A DNA stretch of 64,000 bases from Thermodesulfobacteriota bacterium (GTDB lineage Bacteria > Desulfobacterota > GWC2-55-46 > JADFVP01): positions 13,343 through 77,342 of the forward strand of contig JBHHUP010000001.1 of NCBI GenBank assembly GCA_046753845.1, given 5' to 3'. The notes below the pieces were generated by a model, which was not told the DNA's origin, did not search any database, and saw only the letters and a program-made list of their open reading frames with translations. The position numbers and the translations under genes are program-made. Positions 57,232 to 64,000 of the stretch are shown here, one piece after another (the first letter of the stretch is position 1; each line of letters begins with the position of its first letter).

Positions 57232-58530
57232 TTAAAAATCCGCCTGAAGCCTCAAACCGTATATAAAGGCGTTTTTAGTACTTCTATCGCCTCCGCGGTT
57301 GATAATGTACTGAAAATCCGGGGCAATATGAAAGCCCATGCCGCGGCTCCCGCCAAGAAAGACATTGTAATAGGCCTCAAGGTAATGCTCGTTACCGGCA
57401 CTAAATCCTCCGGCGCTATTACGCTTAAAGTCTTTATAATCCCTGCCTATGAAGTTTACCCCGTAACCAAGGCCCATAGTATCATGTAACCTGCCTAAAA
57501 ACCATGACGAAGAAGAAATACCGCCGCCAAGAAAGGCCTTCATCTCTGAGACCCTCTCTCTCTGCGTGCCCGCTCTCAGCCATACCCCGATGTGCTCGGT
57601 GAGGTATTGATCAAGGCTTATACCCAGCCCCTGATTAGCGGTCTTCAGAAGGTCTGTATCCGTGGGGTCGGCGAGAAACTCAAGGTTTCCCGCTGGCCTC
57701 GAGGGCCTCTTCCAGTAATAGAGCCTGTACGTGCCTTCTCTGCCTGAGAACGCAAGGTGAATATCGGCCTCGGCCATTACAAAGGGGTCGTCAAAGGGCC
57801 TTGCGTAATCACCGTCACCATCAAAGACACCTACAGTTATACCAAGTATCTCTGCCGGTGAAAAGGTTAACGTGAGGCCAGGTGAATAAAAATTATCAGA
57901 ACCCCCGAACTCAATAGAAGAGTTATTTACAAAGACATTGGCCATGAACTGCGCCGTCTCGTCATTGGCGAAGTTATTGGCGTCAAAATACCCCGTAATA
58001 TCAAGCTGACCAAGGGCTATATCAATAAGACCGTCAAAAAGATGATGCTCATAATAGAGCTGGGTAACCTTTACACCGATATCGTTAAAAGACTCTACAT
58101 CGGCGTTAATGCCTGTGGGGTTGCCGTTAGGCGCCGCCAATAGATTCAGTCCCTCTACGCCCACTCCGCGCTGTACGTCCAGGACAATTACGGCCATGCC
58201 GTCCTTGCCGATGGGCCCCTCAACGGCCAGATCGCCTGAGATGGAGGCCTCGCTTCTCTTCTGCCCCGGCAGGTTGGCCACGCCGTGGACTATAAAGGTA
58301 AGCCCTCCTGTTATCTCAAGGCCGAACTCGCTGTGCACGGGATGAAGCCTGTGAGAACGCTCCTTACTCGTATCTGTACCATCGCTCTTATCCTCAAGGG
58401 CTTTTATCCTTTGCTCAAGCTCATTAACCTTATTAGAATTTTCAGCGCCGAGGGCAGACACCGGGCCTGCCGCCAAGCATACAACAACAATCCCTGCGAA
58501 GAGCAGAAAAATCCCATAGCCTTTTCTCAT
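57232..58530 (-). CDS. outer-membrane porin (OprB-like beta-barrel with N-terminal coiled coil)
   Basis: Signal peptide, a coiled-coil segment NKVNELEQRIKALEDK, alternating beta-strand pattern, and a C-terminal GLRLQADF. The start is placed at the second ATG (58530), 8 nt after AGGAGG. Confidence 0.5.
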   Translation of the reverse strand: MRKGYGIFLLFAGIVVVCLAAGPVSALGAENSNKVNELEQRIKALEDKSDGTDTSKERSHRLHPVHSEFGLEITGGLTFIVHGVANLPGQKRSEASISGDLAVEGPIGKDGMAVIVLDVQRGVGVEGLNLLAAPNGNPTGINADVESFNDIGVKVTQLYYEHHLFDGLIDIALGQLDITGYFDANNFANDETAQFMANVFVNNSSIEFGGSDNFYSPGLTLTFSPAEILGITVGVFDGDGDYARPFDDPFVMAEADIHLAFSGREGTYRLYYWKRPSRPAGNLEFLADPTDTDLLKTANQGLGISLDQYLTEHIGVWLRAGTQRERVSEMKAFLGGGISSSSWFLGRLHDTMGLGYGVNFIGRDYKDFKRNSAGGFSAGNEHYLEAYYNVFLGGSRGMGFHIAPDFQYIINRGGDRSTKNAFIYGLRLQADF

Positions 58531-58812
58531 AAACATTCCCTCCTGAAAATTCTCTCTTCAGTGTTCGTCTTGAGATGTCTGAGGACCATGGTGAGTTATG
58601 AACAACTGTACCCTGTTCATCTGTCTGCTCGTGTATGAGGTGTTCCCGTAAAAGAAGCTCTCGGCCTCAATATATCCATACATCAGCAGGGGCGAGGCAT
58701 CTCCCTCCTTTTATAATAAAGACTTCTTCGGCTGAATCTACCTTAAACTAAAGCCTACTCCCGAAAAAAAAGCTTAATCAGGCAAGAAATGAGTCATCTT
58801 CGAATATTTAAT

Positions 58813-58848
58813 AAAAAAAACCCGCGCCTCACAAGAAGAGGTGCGGGG
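58813..58848 (-). terminator. intrinsic terminator of cobalamin riboswitch 2
   Basis: The minus-strand RNA is CCCGCACCUC-UUCUUGU-GAGGCGCGGG followed by U8. Confidence 0.7.
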
Positions 58849-58914
58849 ATGCCGTTTTTCATCCAAAGCGATACTTATTCCCCTACCACCGGTGAATAAG
58901 CCCAAGTCAAATAT

Positions 58915-59071
58915 TATATTGGCAGGTCTTCTGGCTGCCGGATCATCCTACTCACCGCGCCTTCCCATCCTTACGGATAGTGACGTATTGCGGCTTTTGT
59001 CCCCGGTTACAGCGGCGGGTCCGCGACGGATTCTCACCGTCTTCCCTTTTAAGGCCCTCTCGGGCCACCAG
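58915..59071 (-). promoter_or_regulatory. cobalamin (B12) riboswitch 2
   Basis: The minus-strand RNA is CUGGUGGCCCGAGAGGGCCUUAAAAGGGAAGACGGUGAGAAUCCGUCGCGGACCCGCCGCUGUAACCGGGGAC...GGAUGGGAAGGCGCGG...CCGGCAGCCAGAAGACCUGCCAAU. This is a textbook match, with the GGGAA..GGUGAGAAUCC..CCCGCCGCUGU core and the B12 box AGCCAGAAGACCUGCC. Confidence 0.9.
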
Positions 59072-59083
59072 TAATTTAAAGCA

Positions 59084-59112
59084 AGTTTAAAGCAACAAAA
59101 GGCGCCTGTCAA
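59084..59112 (-). promoter_or_regulatory. sigma-70-type promoter for riboswitch 2 and the porin-cbtB unit
   Basis: Minus strand TTGACA (59112-07), a 17-nt spacer, then TAAACT (59089-84). It lies between the hupE stop and the riboswitch. Confidence 0.5.
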
Positions 59113-59124
59113 GACCAAAAGGAC

Positions 59125-59715
59125 TCAGGCAATAAACATATAGACCCCTGAGGCGGCTATGGCCGCACCTGAGTAACGGATAAGCCGCGCCCCTGCCGTC
59201 TTCTGCAAGAGCAGACCCGTTACAATGCCGCCGAGGTGAAGAAGTAGCGTTGCCGCCGTAAAGCCCGCGACATAGACAAGCCCCGATGCGGCAAGGGGCA
59301 TCTCAGTACCGTGGGCAAAACCATGAAAGAGGGCGAATAATCCCACGATGCTCATGGCCGGTGCCAGAGGCAAAGACGCCGCCACCGCTATTAAAAGGCC
59401 CAGGATCAAGACGGAGGTAATTACGCCGCCTTCAATAAAGGGTACTGTAAGGCCGGTTAACCCCAGTATGCACCCCAGCAGCATTAAGCTGAGAAAGGCC
59501 GCCGGTAGTACCCAAAGGGCCCTGCCGCCGCTCTTAAAGGCCAGGATGCCAACGGCAACCATTGCCAGAATATGATCAAGGCCGCTAAAGGGGTGGATGA
59601 AAGCGTTAAAAAACCCCGGGCCGTGAGCAAAGCCCGGATGCGCAAAGGCCGAAGCAGGTAAGAGAAAGATTATGCTTAATAATACCAGCAAGCTACAAAA
59701 TTTTATTAATTTCAT
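59125..59715 (-). CDS. hupE: HupE/UreJ-family Ni/Co transporter
   Basis: 196 aa with a signal peptide then HPGFAHG and FIHPFSGLDHILAMVAVG, the HupE/UreJ signature. The protein is polytopic. Confidence 0.8.
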   Translation of the reverse strand: MKLIKFCSLLVLLSIIFLLPASAFAHPGFAHGPGFFNAFIHPFSGLDHILAMVAVGILAFKSGGRALWVLPAAFLSLMLLGCILGLTGLTVPFIEGGVITSVLILGLLIAVAASLPLAPAMSIVGLFALFHGFAHGTEMPLAASGLVYVAGFTAATLLLHLGGIVTGLLLQKTAGARLIRYSGAAIAASGVYMFIA

Positions 59716-59900
59716 ATCCTCCTCCTTCTGTTTTTAGCAGGTCCAGTGGTTTGCCTCTTACATCTTTTTTATTTCTACAAGGCCATATTTTTTCATTATG
59801 CTCTGTAAAAGGCTTCTTTCATCTCGCGCCGTAAGAACCAGGCCATGTAGAGTGCCGGAAAAACGTGAGATATGCGCACCGGGCAGTAACCTCTTTAAAG

Positions 59901-60950
59901 CTACATAGCCGCGGTAAGGCCTTTTGCAGCCTCTATTATAAGGGCGTTTACAATGGATACGGCTACTGAGCTGCCGCCCTTTCTGCCCTTTGCGGCGATA
60001 TAATTAAGGTCCGAGGTCATCAGGGCCTCCTTTGATGCCTCTGCCCCTACAAAACCCACTGGCACGCCGATGATAAGCGCGGGGTTTGCCTTACCTTCCT
60101 TTACAAGGCTCAGCAGCTCTGTCAGCGCCGTGGGGGCGTTGCCCACGGCCACAATGGCGCCGTTCATAAAGTCCGCCGCCACCCCCATGGACGCGGCCGT
60201 ACGCGTAGTCCCTGTTCTCTTAGCCTCATGGGCTACAACGGGGTCTGATGAGAAGCAGCGCACATGGCCGCCAAAGGGGGCGAGACGGCCCCTTGAGATA
60301 CCCGAGGCAACCATCTTTACATCCGTTATTATATCAGCTCCGCCGCGTATGGCCTGCAGACCCGCGGCTACGGCCCCATCGCTAAAACGAAGAATATCCT
60401 TGAACTCAAAATCCGCTGTGGCGTGAATCACCCTCTTTACCACCTCTCTTGCCACAGGATCAAAACCTTGCAGGTCTGTCTCTGACTCGATGATATTAAA
60501 ACTCTCTTTCTCAATGGGGTGCTGGCCTGTAACAGGCCCGGGGGCATGCTCCGGGGCCATGGCCTCGGTAAGCCTCTCTACCACGATATCGAGGAGTTTA
60601 CCGTGAACGCCGAGATTCTTTGTAATCCTCATCTTAAGGTCCGGGTACTTTTTTCGGGCCAGATCCATCTCACCGGGTATATCCTTTACCACATGGGCGC
60701 CGCAGTAGAGAAAATAAGGCATTACGGTAATATCCCTGAAACCGCGCTCAAGGAGTCCCTCAAGGGCCTGATGAAAATCCGGTTCTTCAAGCTGCAGGAA
60801 GGCGGGCTCCACTACGCCGAACCTCTTAAGGTCATGAAGGGCGCCGGCCATCTCGCGAAGTATATCATTGGCCTCGCCTCTCTTACTGCCGTGTCCCAGC
60901 ATAAGCACCGCGTGATCCGCAGGTACTCCGTCACTAAATGTCACACTCAT
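59901..60950 (-). CDS. cbiXC: fusion of small sirohydrochlorin cobaltochelatase (CbiX) and cobalt-precorrin-8 methylmutase (CbiC)
   Basis: The N-terminal ~130 aa (AVLMLGHGSKRGEAND...VMPYFLYCGAHV) looks like CbiX-S. The C-terminal ~210 aa (HPIEKESF.II...RVIHATADFEF...ITDVKMVASGI...VGNAPTAL) looks like CbiC/CobH. It is a single uninterrupted 349-aa ORF. Confidence 0.75.
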   Translation of the reverse strand: MSVTFSDGVPADHAVLMLGHGSKRGEANDILREMAGALHDLKRFGVVEPAFLQLEEPDFHQALEGLLERGFRDITVMPYFLYCGAHVVKDIPGEMDLARKKYPDLKMRITKNLGVHGKLLDIVVERLTEAMAPEHAPGPVTGQHPIEKESFNIIESETDLQGFDPVAREVVKRVIHATADFEFKDILRFSDGAVAAGLQAIRGGADIITDVKMVASGISRGRLAPFGGHVRCFSSDPVVAHEAKRTGTTRTAASMGVAADFMNGAIVAVGNAPTALTELLSLVKEGKANPALIIGVPVGFVGAEASKEALMTSDLNYIAAKGRKGGSSVAVSIVNALIIEAAKGLTAAM

Positions 60951-61074
60951 ATCTCTACCTCGAGTTAGAATATTAATTATTTTTTATACACCAAAAAGCC
61001 GTAGTCATTTATGTTATTAACCATGCCACGATACCCCTTCCCCTCACTCCCCATTAAGCCACCCTGGGGGCCAT

Positions 61075-61110
61075 AAACAAAAAAACCCCCCTTCGGTATA
61101 GAAGAGAGGG
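61075..61110 (-). terminator. intrinsic terminator of cobalamin riboswitch 1
   Basis: The minus-strand RNA is CCUCUCUUC-UAUACC-GAAGGGGGG (9 bp including 2 G-U pairs) followed by U7. Confidence 0.6.
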
Positions 61111-61164
61111 TCTTTCCCCGAAAAAAAGGAAAACTCGCGGCTGCCCCCACTGTTCTTAAGACCG

Positions 61165-61372
61165 AAGAAAACGTGGGCCTATAGAGAAAGGTATCCTGAC
61201 TCGCGGCTCTGCCTGCTTTCTCCGGCCTTCCCGGCCCTTTGTAAAGGCTTCAGTGGCCCAATACAGAGATTTCGTCACCACTCACAGTGGCGTGCCCGTT
61301 CCCGATTCTACGCAAAAAAACGGACCACGGGATTCACTCTCTTCTCCCAAAAGAAGCTCCGAATAGGCGTTA
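61165..61372 (-). promoter_or_regulatory. cobalamin (B12) riboswitch 1
   Basis: The minus-strand RNA is GGGAGAAGAGAGUGAAUCCCGUGG...GGGCACGCCACUGUGAG...GGGCCACUGAAGCC...GGCCGGGAAGGCCGG...CGAGUCAGGAUACC. It contains GCCACUG, GGGAAGGC and B12-box-like AGUCAGGAUACC blocks. It is more divergent than riboswitch 2. Confidence 0.65.
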
Positions 61373-61383
61373 ATTTACAATAA

Positions 61384-61412
61384 CTATTACATGGCAGAGG
61401 CCCGGCTGTCAA
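61384..61412 (-). promoter_or_regulatory. sigma-70-type promoter for riboswitch 1 and cbiXC-hupE
   Basis: Minus strand TTGACA (61412-07), a 17-nt spacer, then TAATAG (61389-84). Confidence 0.45.
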
Positions 61413-61449
61413 CTAAAAACCCGGTATGAAAAAGCCCCCTTCAGCTCCA

Positions 61450-62208
61450 TTAACGGCCAAGCCTTACGAGTATCTGAGCGAATAACCCGCGCAGCATATT
61501 GACCTCTTTCTCCATAAGAGATGTCCTTCCAAATAAAACACGGAAATTCTTCATTATGGCCCGGAGCAGAAACTCCCTTCCTTCATCTCCATAATCAAGG
61601 GCGCGAAGCATCTCTTCCAAGTGAACATACATCTTATCGCGTTCCTCACGTGGGGCCGCTGTAATAGCGCGAAAGGGCTCCCTCTCCCCTGTATCCATAT
61701 AGAGGTAATGGCAGAGCAGAAAGACAGCGTGAGAGAGGTTAAGAGAGGGGTAATCCTCATGAGCGGGCAGCTCCACGAGGGCGTCGCATAGGGCAAGCTC
61801 GGTGTTTACAAGACCTCGGTCCTCACGGCCGAATAATATGGCTACGGAGTTACTCTCGCTCATGCCCTTTATCATACGGACGGCACCGGGCAGATCAGTC
61901 AAGGGTTCGCGTAATTTACCTGTTCTTCGAGTCGTGCCCATTACAAAGGCGAACTCGCTTACGCACTCGCTAAGGGTAGGAAAGACACGGGCATTCAGCA
62001 CCACTTCACCTGAGTTGCAGGCACGTCCGAAGCACTCGTCGTTATGGTACTCGCAGGGGTTTACAAGTACCAGGTCGTGAAGCCCGCAGTTTGAAATAGC
62101 CCTTGCCGTGGCTCCGATATTAGCGGGGCCGCGGGGCTCTACGAGAACAATGGAAATGTTATTCATGGCCGTTGACCAGTCTTTCGAGACCTCTTCTCTC
62201 TCACTCAT
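61450..62208 (-). CDS. trmJ: SpoU/TrmH-family RNA 2'-O-methyltransferase (TrmJ-like)
   Basis: ISIVLVEPRGPANIGATARAISNCG and the C-terminal trefoil-knot region (PSLNLSHAV). The start may be the internal ATG at 62166. Confidence 0.7.
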   Translation of the reverse strand: MSEREEVSKDWSTAMNNISIVLVEPRGPANIGATARAISNCGLHDLVLVNPCEYHNDECFGRACNSGEVVLNARVFPTLSECVSEFAFVMGTTRRTGKLREPLTDLPGAVRMIKGMSESNSVAILFGREDRGLVNTELALCDALVELPAHEDYPSLNLSHAVFLLCHYLYMDTGEREPFRAITAAPREERDKMYVHLEEMLRALDYGDEGREFLLRAIMKNFRVLFGRTSLMEKEVNMLRGLFAQILVRLGR

Positions 62209-62384
62209 GCTTCATTCCTGCCGCGGATAAGCACCCCCGCCATGAAAAAATCATATAAAAAATTCATAAGGGGGATTATAACAGAAAGAAGCCGGCTCTG
62301 AAATACCGCAATTACATAAAACCAGGTCTACTGCAGAATCAATCCACAGGGGACAAGGGCAATAGGGTGGTAAAAAAGGATGGT

Positions 62385-62424
62385 AAAAAAAGAAACCCCC
62401 GCGCCGTAAAAAAGGCACAGGGGT
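62385..62424 (-). terminator. intrinsic terminator after the sigma factor gene
   Basis: The minus-strand RNA is ACCCCUGUGCC-UUUUUUAC-GGCGCGGGGGU (11 bp including 2 G-U pairs) followed by UUCUUUUUUU. Confidence 0.6.
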
Positions 62425-62487
62425 TGTGAGTGATAGGTTTATTGGCAGGTATGTGTACAGCAGTCTTCTTAACTCTTATCTAAATCC

Positions 62488-63495
62488 TTAGAGCACATCG
62501 CTAAAGGTCATATCATGGTCCTTGATAATATTTTTGAGTTTTCCAAGGGCCTTTACCTCTATCTGCCTCACCCTCTCACGCGTTACACCAAGACGCAGCC
62601 CTATCTTCTCAAGGGTCTCTGTCTCGGTTCCGTCTATACCGAAGCGGAACTTGATTATCTCCGCCTCGTTGCTCTCAAGTAGCGTAAGCCACGCCTTTAC
62701 GTTTTTCACCCTCTTATCGCCGTCAATCACCTCCATGGGCGTAAGCGACGAGGTGTCTTCGAGCCTCTCAAGAAGGGGCTGCTCGAACTCACCCGGCACA
62801 GTGGCCTCAAGGGAAGTGGTCTTTTTGACAATCCCATCGAGTTTTTTTACGTACTTCTCTTTAAAACCCGTCTTAAGGGCGACCTCTTCCTGCTCAGGTT
62901 CTCTGCGCAGTTCTTCACTTAAGAGCCGTCTTGCACGTCTCACCTTTGAGAGGTCATTGGTAACATGAATGGGCAGACGCACTGTATTGGCCTGGTTGGC
63001 TATGGCCCTGTCAACAGACTGCCTTATCCAGTACGTGGCGTATGTTGAAAACCTGCAGCCTTTTATGGACCTGAAGCGTTCAACGGCCTTTATGAGCCCG
63101 ATATTACCCTCTTCTATAAGGTCCGCAAGAGGCAGGCCCCTGCCCGTATACCTCTTGGCGATATTAATGACAAGCCTGAGGTTAGACTCTATCATCTTCG
63201 AGCGTGCCGCCTCATCTCCCGCCTCTATCTTAAGGGCGAGTATTTTTTCTTCTACCGCGCTTAAGAGCCCGAGGCCCTTAATACTCTCGAAGTAAAAACT
63301 TATGGCATCTTTACCGGACTCGGCAGCGGCCTTATGCGCCCTGAACTTCTTCGTCCGTCCTGTACCAACCCTCCGCCTCTTAAGGGGTCTGTCAAGGGGC
63401 GGGGCCGAAGATGGGGCAGGACGAGATAAGAGGCGCAAGGAAGCATCCATCTGCTCATGGTCCTTAATCATCTTTTCCGGACTTAGATGTCTCAT
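62488..63495 (-). CDS. sigma-70 family RNA polymerase sigma factor (RpoD/RpoS-like, group 1/2)
   Basis: 335 aa. Region 2 is NLRLVINIAKRYTGRGLPLADLIEEGNIGLIKAVERF...FSTYATYWIRQSV. Region 4 is LGVTRERVRQIEVKAL. Confidence 0.85.
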   Translation of the reverse strand: MRHLSPEKMIKDHEQMDASLRLLSRPAPSSAPPLDRPLKRRRVGTGRTKKFRAHKAAAESGKDAISFYFESIKGLGLLSAVEEKILALKIEAGDEAARSKMIESNLRLVINIAKRYTGRGLPLADLIEEGNIGLIKAVERFRSIKGCRFSTYATYWIRQSVDRAIANQANTVRLPIHVTNDLSKVRRARRLLSEELRREPEQEEVALKTGFKEKYVKKLDGIVKKTTSLEATVPGEFEQPLLERLEDTSSLTPMEVIDGDKRVKNVKAWLTLLESNEAEIIKFRFGIDGTETETLEKIGLRLGVTRERVRQIEVKALGKLKNIIKDHDMTFSDVL

Positions 63496-63532
63496 CTATT
63501 ACCCCCTTTGAGCTAAAAACGTCAAACAACAA

Positions 63533-63637
63533 CTACTCCGCTTTCTCGAACTCCTTGCCCTCACACTCGGGGCAAGCCTTTGGCCTGCATCTTGTCTCTT
63601 TTGAATAACCGCACTTCGTACACTTCCAAAGGGCCAT
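63533..63637 (-). CDS. 34-aa Cys4 zinc-ribbon (rubredoxin-like) protein
   Basis: Absent from the ORF track because it is too short. My translation is MALWKCTKCGYSKETRCRPKACPECEGKEFEKAE, with two CxxC knuckles. AGGAGG lies 6 nt upstream of the ATG. It ends 37 nt before the sigma gene start. Confidence 0.5.
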   Translation of the reverse strand: MALWKCTKCGYSKETRCRPKACPECEGKEFEKAE

Positions 63638-63725
63638 CGTAAGACCTCCTATTTCTATTATCTTAACTTAACCACACATTTTAAGGTCTGGCTGTAATAT
63701 ATCGTACATATCCCAAAAACCGTCC

Positions 63726-64000
63726 TTACAGGTGCGCCTTGGCGTATTCTTCAAGACCGTCCTGATTTGGCTTCATAGCCTCATCGCCTTTTTTCCAGTT
63801 CGCCGGGCATACCTCGCCGTGCTTTTCTGTAAACTCAATGGCGTCTATAACACGGAGCACCTCGTCTATGTTCCTGCCGATGGGCAGATCATTTACAGTG
63901 TAACTCCTGAGTTTGCCGGCCTTGTCTATAATGAATACTCCGCGAAGTGCCACGCCGGCGCACTCGAGAAGAACTCCGTACTTCGCGCTTATGCATTTAT
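63726..64000 (-). CDS. 2-Cys peroxiredoxin (AhpC/Prx1 type); the N-terminal part lies beyond the right window edge
   Basis: The C-terminal sequence RGVFIIDKAGKLRSYTVNDLPIGRNIDEVLRVIDAIEFTEKHGEVCPANW includes the resolving-Cys context. The ORF stays open to position 64000. Confidence 0.85.
   Translation of the reverse strand, partial: KCISAKYGVLLECAGVALRGVFIIDKAGKLRSYTVNDLPIGRNIDEVLRVIDAIEFTEKHGEVCPANWKKGDEAMKPNQDGLEEYAKAHL

Noticed and set aside
58558-58710. Small ORFs in the 280-nt porin leader. One is a 5-codon ORF (MPRPC) after AAGGAGG. Its stop overlaps the ATG of a 41-aa ORF (MYGYIEAESFFYGNTSYTSRQMNRVQLFITHHGPQTSQDEH).
   Set aside because: The SD spacing for the mini-ORF is very short. 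The 41-aa ORF has no SD of its own and no recognisable motif. It cannot be supported without conservation or ribosome-profiling data.

Overview
The window looks like a chromosomal segment of a diderm bacterium with about 50% GC. A complete Tol-Pal cluster is present, and the oxygen-independent cbi cobalamin genes suggest an anaerobe. I cannot place it taxonomically from sequence alone.

Most of the window is recognisable core metabolism on the minus strand:
- 1-24.8 kb: lysC, lpdA, tsaE, nnr, acpS, pdxJ, glmM, cdaR, cdaA, folP, ftsH, yihY, der, era, rho, coaE, pgeF and rluD.
- 25-27.8 kb: a GntR regulator divergent from a TIM-barrel isomerase, then crcB with a DUF190 gene.
- 27.9-33.3 kb (plus strand): tolQ-tolR-tolA-tolB-pal-cpoB.
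- 33.6-39.5 kb (plus strand): a DUF362 Fe-S protein, a 1138-aa YhdP/AsmA-like protein, a SAM methyltransferase and a small glycine-zipper protein.
- 39.9-47.9 kb: a ccsA-like gene, queE, a Lon-like protease, a CDF transporter and modCBA behind a Moco riboswitch.
- 48-61.4 kb: deoB, then a cobalamin/cobalt cluster (cbiH, G, F, L, ET, D, a cbiX-cbiC fusion, hupE, cbtB and a porin) with two cobalamin riboswitches.
- 61.4-64 kb: trmJ-like gene, a sigma-70 family factor, a 34-aa zinc-ribbon ORF and a partial peroxiredoxin.

The most unusual content is:
1. A tandemly duplicated, unassignable two-gene membrane module between rho and era.
2. A B12-riboswitch-controlled porin-cbtB-small membrane protein unit.
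3. A creatininase-family gene and a VanZ-like gene embedded in the cbi operon.
4. Two families of hairpin or MITE-like repeats inserted inside operons.

All calls rest on reading the sequence and recalling family motifs. No database search was possible.
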